Shown piece by piece: positions 39,035 through 48,737 of a stretch of 64,000 nt of DNA. The position numbers and the translations under genes were made by a program. Numbering within the stretch: the stretch's first letter is position 1; every line of letters begins with the position of its first letter. The notes below the pieces were generated by a model. The model was not told the origin of the DNA. It did not search any database and saw only the letters and a program-made list of their open reading frames with translations. Origin of the DNA: an uncultured Nitrospinaceae bacterium (GTDB lineage Bacteria; UBA8248); the NCBI GenBank assembly GCA_964005815.1, contig CAXFSR010000036.1, positions 1 to 64,000 of the forward strand, in the 5' to 3' direction.

Positions 39035-40321
39035 TCATTTAGCTAAACGTATACGCAACGCTCTTGCATGCGCACTTAAACCTTCGGATTCTGCCAAAAC
39101 TGCCGCTGATTCTAACAAGGAATTAGCATATTCTTGGTCAAAAGACACAAAATTTGTCCACTTTATAAAATCTAAAACACTGAGTGGAGAATGAAATCTT
39201 GCTGAGCCTCCTGTTGGCAGAACATGGTTAGTTCCAATTATATAATCACCAAAAACAGCTGAACTCCATATACCTGAAAAAATTGCTCCCGCATTGAGAA
39301 TGCTCTTGTCAATTTTCTCGATATCTTCAATCATTATTTGCAAATGTTCAGGAGCGATTTCATCTATGACTTGAATAGCATCTTCAAATGTATCCACCTG
39401 AATTATAGCACCCCTAGAAGAGAGCGATTTTGAAATTACTTCTTTCCTTTTCTCAAGATTCATTTGTTTTTCTAACTCATTTTCAAGATCCTCGCAAAGA
39501 CCTTTTCCCAAACAGATAGCTACCGCCATAGCATCAGGATCATGCTCGGCTTGCGCAAGCATATCAGCCACAGCCCAGTCTAAACGTGTTGTTTTATCTA
39601 TTAGAACAACTATTTCACTAGGACCAGCGTCTTTATCAATTGAAACTATTTTACTAACTAAACGTTTAGCTTCCATTACATAAGCATTTCCTGGTCCTAC
39701 GATTTTATCAACTTTAGGAATAGATTGTGTGCCGTATGCCATAGCAGCTATAGAATGTGCACCTCCAACAGAAAAAACCTTATCTACTCCCGAAATAGAA
39801 GCTGCTACTAAGACTGAATCAGGAATTCTTCCATTATTTGCAGGAGGTGTGCATAAAATAATTTCTTTAACTCCTGCTACTTTTGCGGGTATTGCGTTCA
39901 TTAGAACAGTAGAAGGATATGCTGCTCTTCCGCCTGGAACATACAAACCAACTTTCTGAATTGGACTAGGAACAAAAGAAATCTCCTGTGATTCCTCTTC
40001 TGCCAAGGAAATAGTCTCAGGTAACTGCAACTCATGAAATTGTTTTATCCTTTTTGATGAAAGAACAAGTGCTTCGTAAACTTTTCGATCTAAGGAATTA
40101 CTTGCTTCTTTCAAATCTTTGTCAGTTATTGAAGAGATTCCATTGGCCAAATCAACTTGATCGAAAATACGGGTGAATTCCAATAACGCAGCATCTCCTT
40201 TATTTTTAACCGTAGAGATAATTTTAAAAATCTCATCCGAGTCTACCGAATTATTATTGATTTGAGACAAACTCTTAATCTCATCTCTTGAATTATCAGA
40301 TTTATAAAAAATCTTTCTCAA
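39035..40321 (-). CDS. hisD: Histidinol dehydrogenase
   Basis: GLYVPGG, YPSTVLM, KIVGPGNAYV, AGPSE, QAEHD, APEHL, GDY..GTNHVLPT. Confidence 0.96.
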   Translation of the reverse strand: MRKIFYKSDNSRDEIKSLSQINNNSVDSDEIFKIISTVKNKGDAALLEFTRIFDQVDLANGISSITDKDLKEASNSLDRKVYEALVLSSKRIKQFHELQLPETISLAEEESQEISFVPSPIQKVGLYVPGGRAAYPSTVLMNAIPAKVAGVKEIILCTPPANNGRIPDSVLVAASISGVDKVFSVGGAHSIAAMAYGTQSIPKVDKIVGPGNAYVMEAKRLVSKIVSIDKDAGPSEIVVLIDKTTRLDWAVADMLAQAEHDPDAMAVAICLGKGLCEDLENELEKQMNLEKRKEVISKSLSSRGAIIQVDTFEDAIQVIDEIAPEHLQIMIEDIEKIDKSILNAGAIFSGIWSSAVFGDYIIGTNHVLPTGGSARFHSPLSVLDFIKWTNFVSFDQEYANSLLESAAVLAESEGLSAHARALRIRLAK

Positions 40322-40356
40322 AACTTTCCCAATCTTTTTTTAGAACTAAGAATATT

Positions 40357-41019
40357 CTATTTTTTTTTGCAAACTTTTTTCAGTTTGCTAATTAAAGAAG
40401 AAATACTTTTATTTTTGATTTTCATACTAGCTCTATTTACAACTAAACGAGCTGTTGAAGAAAAAATCTCTTTGATAGGCATTAATCCATTTGCTTTTAA
40501 AGTTTTTCCGGTATCTACTAGATCAACTATTATATCTGCAACACCAGTCAAAGGCGCAATCTCAACATTCCCATATAAATGTACGATCCTTGCTTGTATA
40601 CCTCTTTCGGAAAAAAAACGACTGGCAATTAATGGAAATTTCGTTGCAACAGTCAAATCAGTCATACTGGTTATATCTCTCCAACTAAGTTCGTTTGGAC
40701 CTGCAACCATCAATCTACAAGGTGCAAAACGAAGATCTAATGGTTCGTATAGAAGTTGCTCTTGTTCCAACAACACATCTTTTCCTATGACTCCTAAATC
40801 AGCGATCCCTCTAGCTATATAAGTAGGAACATCATAATTCCTGAGAATTAAAACACGAAGACTTGTTTTCTTGTCTTCTCTTATAAGTACCCTTGAAGTA
40901 TCAGAAATACTTTCAGATAAAAGTCCTGCTGCTAATAATCTTTCTACCGCTCCTTCAAAAATACGACCCTTTGGAAGAGCTATAGTCAAAATCTCTTTAC
41001 TTTCTGTTTTTAGATTCAT
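40357..41019 (-). CDS. hisG: ATP phosphoribosyltransferase, short form (HisZ-dependent)
   Basis: IALPKGR, DLGVIGKDVL, VATKFP, GNVEIAP, IVDLVDTGKTL; 220 aa with no C-terminal regulatory domain. Confidence 0.96.
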   Translation of the reverse strand: MNLKTESKEILTIALPKGRIFEGAVERLLAAGLLSESISDTSRVLIREDKKTSLRVLILRNYDVPTYIARGIADLGVIGKDVLLEQEQLLYEPLDLRFAPCRLMVAGPNELSWRDITSMTDLTVATKFPLIASRFFSERGIQARIVHLYGNVEIAPLTGVADIIVDLVDTGKTLKANGLMPIKEIFSSTARLVVNRASMKIKNKSISSLISKLKKVCKKK

Positions 41020-42275
41020 TAATCAATCCTTTCAATTTTCGCACCCAAGCTTCTCAGTCCTACTTCCAAAGCTTCATACCCTCTATCTAAGTGAAAAACT
41101 GAATCTATAACTGTCTCACCCTTTGCAGCAAGTCCTGCCAGAACCAAAGAAGCACTAGCCCTTAAGTCAGTAGCATTAACAGGAGCACCATTCAAGTTAC
41201 TTACGCCTAATATTTTAGCATTCTTACCAGAAAGAACAATCTTTGCTCCCATTCGATTTAATTCTGGAACATGCATGAATCTATTTTCAAAAATTGTTTC
41301 AGTAATTTTTGATTTGCCGTTTGCAATGCACATCAAAGACATAAACTGTGCCTGCAAATCTGTAGGGAACCCGGGGAAAGGACTTGTCTCAACATCCAGT
41401 GAAGTTAAGACATCTTTACTCTTTATTTGAATCCAGTCATTACCAGACTCAATCTCGGCACCTACCAAAGAAAGACTATGAATTACAGCAGATAAATCAT
41501 TGGGGGAACATCTACAAATTTTAATATTTCCTTTTGTAATCATACCTGCAATCATCAATGTCCCAACTTCAACTCTATCGGGTGGCACATCAACTTCAAA
41601 ACCACTTAAAGAATTTACCCCTTCTATCATCATTTTTCTCTTATTAGGGAAAACCTTAATTTGAGCACCCATTTTATTTAACAAATTTGACAAAAAAATA
41701 ACTTCAGGCTCTATAGAAATATTTTTTAACACTGTTGTTCCTTTAGCCAAAACAGATGCCATCATTAGATTAGTCGTACCAGTAACAGTAACCATTTCAA
41801 AATCGAAGCATACTCCATGTAAACGTTTCGCTCTTGCGTGTATAACACCATTCTCTAAATTTATTTTTGCTCCCATAGCAACTAAACCTTTTAGGTGTTG
41901 ATCAATAGGCCTAGCACCTATCGCACATCCCCCAGGAAGCGGAATAGAGGCATGACCTAATCTAGTCAAAAGAGGTCCCAAAATTAAAATCGAAGCCCTC
42001 ATTTTACTTGCCAACTCATAAGGTGCTATCTCAGAACGAATTTTTGAAGGATCTAAGCAAAAAGAATTTTTAGACTTAGCCTCATGTGTAACGCCAAAAA
42101 CTTGCAAAAGTTCTAACGCAATTTGAATGTCAGTAAGATCTGGTACTCTTTCCAATTTACATTTTTTTTCGGCCATCAAAGAAAGAAACAGTAAAGGTAA
42201 AGCCGCATTTTTAGAACCACTGGCAGCAATCTCTCCACTTAAAGATCTTCCTCCAGTAATAAGAAATTTTTCCAT
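41019..42275 (-). CDS. murA: UDP-N-acetylglucosamine 1-carboxyvinyltransferase
   Basis: GSKNAALP, MRAS, LPGGCAIGARP (active-site Cys present), PGFPTDLQAQ, TDLRAS, HLDRGY. Confidence 0.98.
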   Translation of the reverse strand: MEKFLITGGRSLSGEIAASGSKNAALPLLFLSLMAEKKCKLERVPDLTDIQIALELLQVFGVTHEAKSKNSFCLDPSKIRSEIAPYELASKMRASILILGPLLTRLGHASIPLPGGCAIGARPIDQHLKGLVAMGAKINLENGVIHARAKRLHGVCFDFEMVTVTGTTNLMMASVLAKGTTVLKNISIEPEVIFLSNLLNKMGAQIKVFPNKRKMMIEGVNSLSGFEVDVPPDRVEVGTLMIAGMITKGNIKICRCSPNDLSAVIHSLSLVGAEIESGNDWIQIKSKDVLTSLDVETSPFPGFPTDLQAQFMSLMCIANGKSKITETIFENRFMHVPELNRMGAKIVLSGKNAKILGVSNLNGAPVNATDLRASASLVLAGLAAKGETVIDSVFHLDRGYEALEVGLRSLGAKIERID

Positions 42276-42277
42276 TT

Positions 42278-43156
42278 TTAGTTTTTTTTAACCTCAACAA
42301 CTCTTTTTAATCCAGCTAGATCTTTATGAATTACAGGGGTTGAATATTTGCCAGAACTGTTAATTTCTCTAATACAAATTTCCGCTTGTTTATGATCAAT
42401 TTCTAATAGCAAAACACCTTCAGAAAAAAGATATGACGGCGCCTTACTAATAATTTCAGACAGATAAAACATACCATTTTTTCCTCCATCGAGAGCCATG
42501 CTAGGGCCATAATTTGCTACCTCAGAATCTAGATTGGCAATTTCACAAGTAGGAATATATGGCGGATTAGAAACTATTAAATTAAAAATATTTTTTTCTA
42601 GAATACCAGACATCATAAAAGTTTGGAGAACAGAATAATTTTCCAGCGAAAAACTTGACGCATTTTGCATAGAACAAACTGTGGCTTTTTTGCTAAGATC
42701 AGATGCAAAAACTCTAGAGTTTTTTAATTCTTTAGCTATTGAAACTCCAATTGCACCACTACCAGAACCTATATCTAAAATAACGGGAAACTCGATTCTA
42801 TCTAAATTTTTTATAGAGAGTTCGACAAGCAATTCTGTTTCTGGTCTGGGGATAAAAATATTCTTATCAACAGCAAAATTGATAGACCAGAATTCCTTTT
42901 CCCCTAAAATATAAGCCATTGGTTCATGTTTTTCTCTTCTTCCTACAAGATCTTCTATAGAAGCTATCTCTACAAATGAGATTATCCTTTCTGGAAATGC
43001 ATAAATACTAGAACGTGGAATTCCTAAAACAAAAGAAATAATTAACTCGGCATCTAATGAAGGACTGTCTAAACCAGCAATCTGAAATCTTTCTTTAAGA
43101 GAAGATAATTCATAACCTAACATCAGCGGACTAAATTTTTTTTTGTAAGAATTCAA
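42278..43156 (-). CDS. prmC: Release factor glutamine methyltransferase
   Basis: EPMAYILG, IPRPETE, DIGSGSG, SNPPY, ALDGG; directly downstream of prfA. Confidence 0.96.
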   Translation of the reverse strand: MNSYKKKFSPLMLGYELSSLKERFQIAGLDSPSLDAELIISFVLGIPRSSIYAFPERIISFVEIASIEDLVGRREKHEPMAYILGEKEFWSINFAVDKNIFIPRPETELLVELSIKNLDRIEFPVILDIGSGSGAIGVSIAKELKNSRVFASDLSKKATVCSMQNASSFSLENYSVLQTFMMSGILEKNIFNLIVSNPPYIPTCEIANLDSEVANYGPSMALDGGKNGMFYLSEIISKAPSYLFSEGVLLLEIDHKQAEICIREINSSGKYSTPVIHKDLAGLKRVVEVKKN

Positions 43157-43175
43157 TATTCACACTTTATAATGT

Positions 43176-44252
43176 TCAAACATTATTTTCTTCAAAATCT
43201 GAAAGGCGTTCGGCTTCATAACTAGAAAGAATACTATCTACCATTTCATCTATTTGACCTTCAATAAAACTCATGACTCCGTGCTTCGTCTGTCCTATAC
43301 GATGATCTGTTACTCTATCTTGCGGAAAATTATAAGTCCTAATTCTCTCACTTCTATCACCTGAACCAACTTGGCTTTTCCTTTGCGATGATCTTTCCGC
43401 ATTCTGTTTTTGTGTCTCCAAATCAAGCAGATGTGCAGATAAAATTTTTAACGCTTTTGCCCGATTCTTATGCTGACTCTTTTCATCCTGACAGGTTACG
43501 ACTAAACCAGTTTCTATATGAGTTATCCGAACTGCAGAATCAGTTGTATTCACGCTCTGACCACCAGGTCCAGAAGACCTGTATACGTCTACCCTTATAT
43601 CCTTATCTTGTATATTTAATGTTACTTCATCAGCTTCAGGAAGAACAGCAACTGTAGCTGCAGAAGTGTGAATCCTTCCAGAAGTTTCGGTAACTGGTAC
43701 ACGCTGTACTCTATGAGTCCCACTTTCAAAACGTAGACGGCTATACACTCCATTGCCCTTTATTAAGATAACTCCTTCTTTTATACCACCAAGATTATTT
43801 TCACTTCTAGAAAGTTCTTCAATAGACCACTTCTTCAACTCTGCGTATCTTATATACATTCGATATAAATCTCCCGCAAAAAGAGCAGCTTCCAATCCCC
43901 CTGTACCAGCTCTTACTTCCAAAATTACATTTTTCTCATCATTTGGATCTTTTGGTAATAATAATTTCTTCAAAACTAATTCAATCTTTTCAATCTTAGA
44001 ATTCACTTCTAAAATTTCTTCATTGGCAAGCTCTTGAATTTCCAAGTCCCCCTCATTTAGTAAAGTTTCAGCTTCTTCTTTTTTATTTCTTAATTTTTCC
44101 CAATCATGAAAAGTTCTCACTATTTCAGATAATTCTTTGTGTTCTCTAGCGATCTTTTCAAAATTATTCCTATCTCGAGAAACATTTGGATCCACAAGCT
44201 GTTTTTCAAGATCATTAAATCTTTCGACAATCTTTTCAAATTTTTCAAACAT
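43176..44252 (-). CDS. prfA: Peptide chain release factor 1
   Basis: EVRAGTGG, HRVQRVPVTE (PxT tripeptide), SGPGGQSVN, RTYNFPQ. Confidence 0.98.
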   Translation of the reverse strand: MFEKFEKIVERFNDLEKQLVDPNVSRDRNNFEKIAREHKELSEIVRTFHDWEKLRNKKEEAETLLNEGDLEIQELANEEILEVNSKIEKIELVLKKLLLPKDPNDEKNVILEVRAGTGGLEAALFAGDLYRMYIRYAELKKWSIEELSRSENNLGGIKEGVILIKGNGVYSRLRFESGTHRVQRVPVTETSGRIHTSAATVAVLPEADEVTLNIQDKDIRVDVYRSSGPGGQSVNTTDSAVRITHIETGLVVTCQDEKSQHKNRAKALKILSAHLLDLETQKQNAERSSQRKSQVGSGDRSERIRTYNFPQDRVTDHRIGQTKHGVMSFIEGQIDEMVDSILSSYEAERLSDFEENNV

Positions 44253-44370
44253 TTTTACTGAGCTCCAAAATAATCAGGAACCTGAAAGGAATTTAAATCA
44301 AAAAAATAATGGACAAACGAATTGTTGTGAAAAAATAATAGATTGCATGAATTAAATTTCAGACAGAAGG

Positions 44371-44751
44371 TTATTTTGTACTTGAAACGTCTTCTTCAGA
44401 TTTATTTTCTTGGACTGTATCTTGCTGACTACTCAAATTCTTTTTTTCTATCTGTTTCGCTTCTCTTTCTTTTTCTTTTTTTGCTTCTTCCATTCGCTTA
44501 CCAGCAGCAGTCTCTTGTCTTCTTTTTCTCTTTGAAACTCTTGTACTCTTTCCTTCAAATTTTTTAATAAACTTCTCAACTCTTCCCTCAGAGTCTACTA
44601 TTCTTGCCTGTTTCCCTGTAAAAAAAGGATGACATTCTGAACAGACCTCTACCCTTATTTCCGAAATAGTGGAAGATGTAACAAACTCAACACCGCATCC
44701 ACTACAAGAAACCTTAGTTTCAAAAACCTCAGGATGAATATCTGTCTTCAA
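44371..44751 (-). CDS. rpmE: 50S ribosomal protein bL31 (zinc-binding type) with a long C-terminal extension
   Basis: MKTDIHP, CSGC...[22 protein letters not shown], then about 55-60 extra charged residues. Confidence 0.94.
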   Translation of the reverse strand: MKTDIHPEVFETKVSCSGCGVEFVTSSTISEIRVEVCSECHPFFTGKQARIVDSEGRVEKFIKKFEGKSTRVSKRKRRQETAAGKRMEEAKKEKEREAKQIEKKNLSSQQDTVQENKSEEDVSSTK

Positions 44752-44840
44752 GTTTTACTACCTCAAAAAAAATTAAAGAAAATGCTTTATAACGAATATG
44801 CACACAATTTGTCTAGCAAATTATTAGTAAAAATCAAAAT

Positions 44841-46142
44841 TTAATTATTCATAGATGTAAGAAAATCTTCATTAGTTTTGGTCTCTTGCATCTTTTCAAG
44901 AAGCAACTCCATTGAATCAATAACACCAAGTGGTTGTAAAACTTTTCGTAAAACCCAGACGCGACTAAGTTCAGACTGATTCAACAACAACTCTTCTTTT
45001 CTAGTACCTGATTTATTAATATCAACTGCAGGAAACACTCTCTTATCGGAAAGTTTTCTGTCTAAATGAATCTCCATATTTCCAGTACCCTTAAATTCTT
45101 CAAAGATCACATCGTCCATTCTGCTTCCTGTTTCAACTAAAGCAGTTGCAAGAATTGTAAGACTTCCACCTTCCTCTAAATTTCTTGCAGCTCCAAAGAA
45201 ACGTTTTGGTCTTTGTAGCGCATTTGAATCGACACCACCTGAAAGCACCTTGCCACTTGGAGAAATAATTGTATTATGCGCTCTTGCAAGTCTTGTTATT
45301 GAGTCAAGTAGAATCACAACATCTTTCTTATGCTCGACAAGTCGTTTTGCTTTTTCAATAACCATATCAGCAACCTGCACATGACGCGAAGCTGGCTCAT
45401 CGAAAGTTGAACTAATAACTTCACCTCTGACAGATCTTTCCATATCAGTTACTTCCTCAGGCCTTTCATCAATCAGCAAAACCATCAGATGAACATCGGG
45501 ATAATTGTCTGCTATACTTTTTGCTATTGATTGCAACATCATAGTTTTACCAGTTCTAGGAGCAGCAACAATCAAACCACGTTGTCCAAAACCTATTGGA
45601 GTCATAAGATCCATAATCCGAGAGTTAATAGACCCTCCAGGCACTTCAAGAACTGCCCTTCTATCCGGATATAATGGGGTTAAATTGTCAAATAAAATCT
45701 TCTGGGTTGCGGATTCTGAGGATTCAAAATTCACCTTTTCTACTCTGAGAAGAGCAAAATATCGTTCTCCTTCTTTTGGCTGACGAATCTCTCCAGTTAT
45801 CGAGTCTCCTGTCCTAAGATCAAAACGACGTATTTGACTAGGAGAAACATAAATATCATCAGGTCCTGGGAGATAGTTATATGATGGAGACCGTAGGAAT
45901 CCAAATCCGTCAGGAAGAATTTCTAAGACTCCCTCACCTGTTATTTTTCCTCCATCCCTATTCTCTTCAGACTGGGCTTCTAGAATTTTAAATATTAAGT
46001 CCTGCTTTCTTAATCCACTTGAACCCTCAACTCCTAATTCTTTAAGAATTCCGTTCAGTTCTAAAATAGTCTTTTTCTTTAATTGTGCTAAATGGAGGAC
46101 TCTCTGTTTTTTTGAGGCTGGGTCTTTTGTTACTGGTTGCAT
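44841..46142 (-). CDS. rho: Transcription termination factor Rho
   Basis: [52 protein letters not shown]. Confidence 0.99.
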   Translation of the reverse strand: MQPVTKDPASKKQRVLHLAQLKKKTILELNGILKELGVEGSSGLRKQDLIFKILEAQSEENRDGGKITGEGVLEILPDGFGFLRSPSYNYLPGPDDIYVSPSQIRRFDLRTGDSITGEIRQPKEGERYFALLRVEKVNFESSESATQKILFDNLTPLYPDRRAVLEVPGGSINSRIMDLMTPIGFGQRGLIVAAPRTGKTMMLQSIAKSIADNYPDVHLMVLLIDERPEEVTDMERSVRGEVISSTFDEPASRHVQVADMVIEKAKRLVEHKKDVVILLDSITRLARAHNTIISPSGKVLSGGVDSNALQRPKRFFGAARNLEEGGSLTILATALVETGSRMDDVIFEEFKGTGNMEIHLDRKLSDKRVFPAVDINKSGTRKEELLLNQSELSRVWVLRKVLQPLGVIDSMELLLEKMQETKTNEDFLTSMNN

Positions 46143-46390
46143 TAACTATCATCTCCCTTTTAAAAAGTAATCAAACACAAAAGTACCGTCTTATTTAAAA
46201 AAAATTATCTAGTCTGAAATTTATACAGAACTATCTCCGAAAACAGAGAAAAGAACAATTTGATAAGATTCCGAAACCTTTCTAGAAAGGAAGGATTCTT
46301 AGGAAAAAATTTAAAACAAAAAAGATAAGAAGGAAAAGGACGTAGTGGACTATTAACTTTATACGTACCCAATACCAACAATATTTTGTG

Positions 46391-46419
46391 AAGCTATCAA
46401 AATTAAAATTTGTTGTCAA
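46391..46419 (-). promoter_or_regulatory. Putative sigma70 promoter of rho
   Basis: Minus strand TTGACA (46419-46414), 17-nt spacer, TAGCTT (46396-46391) preceded by a TG extension. Confidence 0.65.
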
Positions 46420-46421
46420 GA

Positions 46422-47039
46422 TTATAATTTAACCATAGAAAATATTTTTTTTATAAGAATCAAAATCTGTGACTCTAGAGAATTCAAATCACCTGAATTG
46501 TCTATAACCCAATTTGCGTAATTTATTTTTTTTGACATAGCCATTTGAGAATCCAATCTTGCTTTAATACTATCTTCTGATAGTTCATTTCTCTTCCTAA
46601 TTCTTTCGTATTGATTTTTTTCACTGCATTTAACTACAACTATAAAATCAAAATTCTTATACCCACCAGACTCAATCATTAAGGCAGCTTCTACGACAGC
46701 AATCTTAGATTTTCCTTCACTACATATCTTTTGAAGCCATTTTTTTTGTTCCTCTTGTATTTTAGGGTGCATTATATTGTTTAATTTTTCCCTTTGTTCT
46801 GTATTAGAAAAAATAATTTCACCTAATTTTCCCCTATCAAGATTTCCAGATTTATCTAAAACACTATCACTAAATTCATTTACAATTTCGGATAAAGTTT
46901 CAGAACCACTACTCACTAAATCTCGAGAAATTTGATCAGCATCTAAAACAGGGATTCCTTTTATCCTAAGGATATCTGCAACAGTAGATTTCCCTGAGGC
47001 AATTCCACCAGTTAAACCAACTGAAATAAATTCTGTCAT
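46422..47039 (-). CDS. coaE: Dephospho-CoA kinase
   Basis: GLTGGIASGKST, DAD, LDRGKL, MHP, RLDSQM, IDNSG. Confidence 0.96.
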   Translation of the reverse strand: MTEFISVGLTGGIASGKSTVADILRIKGIPVLDADQISRDLVSSGSETLSEIVNEFSDSVLDKSGNLDRGKLGEIIFSNTEQREKLNNIMHPKIQEEQKKWLQKICSEGKSKIAVVEAALMIESGGYKNFDFIVVVKCSEKNQYERIRKRNELSEDSIKARLDSQMAMSKKINYANWVIDNSGDLNSLESQILILIKKIFSMVKL

Positions 47040-47072
47040 TAATGAAATTTATTTTTTTTAGAAAAAGAGATT

Positions 47073-47348
47073 TTATAAACCACGACGATTGCTTTCCTGT
47101 TCATAGTGTTTCCAATACAATATTTCCCATTCACGACTTCCCTCAAGCAAACGACTAGAATAGGAACTTAAAGTTCTTCTTACTTCCTCATCTATCTCAT
47201 CATCCAACATAAGTTCATTTATAATAGAACGTTGAACATTAGAGCGGACTTCACCTTCTTCTACTATAAAATCTACATCCGAATTATCTTTAAGATCTTC
47301 TATTAAAATATTCGTAATATGATTGATTTTGTCTCTATTTAAACGCAT
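47073..47348 (-). CDS. DUF507-like protein
   Basis: MRLNRDKINHI...DEEVRRTL; similar to the upstream neighbour. Confidence 0.75.
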   Translation of the reverse strand: MRLNRDKINHITNILIEDLKDNSDVDFIVEEGEVRSNVQRSIINELMLDDEIDEEVRRTLSSYSSRLLEGSREWEILYWKHYEQESNRRGL

Positions 47349-47364
47349 TCAAATACTCCATAAC

Positions 47365-47646
47365 TTACAAAATTAAATTTCGTTCTCTAGCAATTCTCAT
47401 TTTAACCATGGAGAACATCCGACTATAGTCAACGTTACCTTCATCCATTTCATCTTGAAAATCATACAAAATTTCCTTTACTTCTTCATTCAATCGATCT
47501 TCTACAAGTAGATCTTCTTCTATCACATTAGAAATTCTAGTCCTAACTACGTCAATTTTAAGATCCGGCGAAATGAGTTCTTTTTCCAAGAGACGCATAA
47601 CAATTTTTTCAGAAATTCTATCAATCATTTCTTTTCTTAAACGCAC
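47365..47646 (-). CDS. DUF507-like protein
   Basis: MRLRKEMI...EDRLNEEVKEIL...VDYSRMFSMVKMRIARERNLIL, typical of the family. Confidence 0.8.
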   Translation of the reverse strand: MRLRKEMIDRISEKIVMRLLEKELISPDLKIDVVRTRISNVIEEDLLVEDRLNEEVKEILYDFQDEMDEGNVDYSRMFSMVKMRIARERNLIL

Positions 47647-47715
47647 GATGACCCTCTATAATAAACGAAAATTGTACTCAAATACGATTAAAGTGTAGCG
47701 CATCTTAATCAATAC

Positions 47716-47743
47716 ATTATACCCTAGCTTCAAATTCTATCAA
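47716..47743 (-). promoter_or_regulatory. Putative sigma70 promoter for DUF507-DUF507-coaE
   Basis: Minus strand TTGATA (47743-47738), 16-nt spacer, TATAAT (47721-47716). Confidence 0.55.
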
Positions 47744-47771
47744 AATCTTTTGAATTTAATTTATAATAGGT

Positions 47772-48644
47772 TTAGTGACATCTATCAAAAAGTTCTGAAA
47801 TCAAGCCTACTCTTTGCAGGTGAGTGCCTATTCTAATTCCTTTCAGTCTATCACCATGGCAATCTGAACCTCCCATTTTCAATAAAGAATATCGCTCTGC
47901 TAACCGTGAGTAATGGATACAATCAGCCTTACTTTGAGAGGGATGATCTGTTTCTATTCCTGACAAACCGGCTTCTACAAATTTCGGAATACAATCATCA
48001 GATTCTGATAAATTAGGATGAGCCAAGGTAACCGCTCCTCCAGACTGAACAATCATTTCTATAGCTTTTTCAGACGAAATACAATCTAACTGAACATAAG
48101 CAGGACATCCTTCTCCTATATATTTACTAAAAATTTCCTCTAAGCTCTGAACTAACCCTTTTTTCAAGAGATAATAGGAAAGCTGTCCACGAGTGATACT
48201 TGCAACCTTCTCATAGGTCCTATTAAAATCATCCTTATCCACACGAACATCTAGTTCAATTAATCTATCTATCATCTCAGACATCCTAACTTTTCTAGAA
48301 ACCACGTATCTTTCAACTAAGGTTCTGATTTGTTCGGAATCCGGATCAATAAAATGTCCTAAAAAATGAAAAATCTTTCCATTATAATAAGTTGAAACCT
48401 CAATCCCATGAATAAGAAGAATATTAGACCTAACAGCTTCGTCTTTAGCATCTCTGATCCCTGCTACAGTATCATGGTCTGTAATAGACAATGCTACAAT
48501 ATTATTTTCTTTAGCAAACTTAATGACCTCTTTAGGTTGAAGCAGACCATCCGATGCATTTGAATGAATATGAAAATCTACTCCTAAAAAATCATCAGAA
48601 TATCGGTTCAGAGATTCGAGATCACTACCAGAAAAACTTTTCAA
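47772..48644 (-). CDS. PHP-domain phosphoesterase (TrpH/YciV-like)
   Basis: DFHIHSNASDG, ITDHDT, GIEVS, HFLG, LAHP, GGSDCHG. Confidence 0.9.
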   Translation of the reverse strand: MKSFSGSDLESLNRYSDDFLGVDFHIHSNASDGLLQPKEVIKFAKENNIVALSITDHDTVAGIRDAKDEAVRSNILLIHGIEVSTYYNGKIFHFLGHFIDPDSEQIRTLVERYVVSRKVRMSEMIDRLIELDVRVDKDDFNRTYEKVASITRGQLSYYLLKKGLVQSLEEIFSKYIGEGCPAYVQLDCISSEKAIEMIVQSGGAVTLAHPNLSESDDCIPKFVEAGLSGIETDHPSQSKADCIHYSRLAERYSLLKMGGSDCHGDRLKGIRIGTHLQRVGLISELFDRCH

Positions 48645-48737
48645 AAAAACTCCAAAAAAATAAATAAAATTTTCAAATTAGGCAGTATAAAAATTATACT
48701 TAAATTAAGGTAATAGCAGTAATTATGTCACCTGAAA

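Noticed and set aside
39230..39290. HisD SSAVFGDY variant as a sign of a non-HisD paralog
   Set aside because: Metal and catalytic motifs (QAEH, EHL, GDY, NHVLPT) are intact, this position varies among true HisD proteins, and the gene sits in the his operon.
44274..44285. Palindrome TCAGG-AA-CCTGA upstream of prfA
   Set aside because: It is only 5+5 bp with a loop too short for an RNA hairpin, and could arise by chance.
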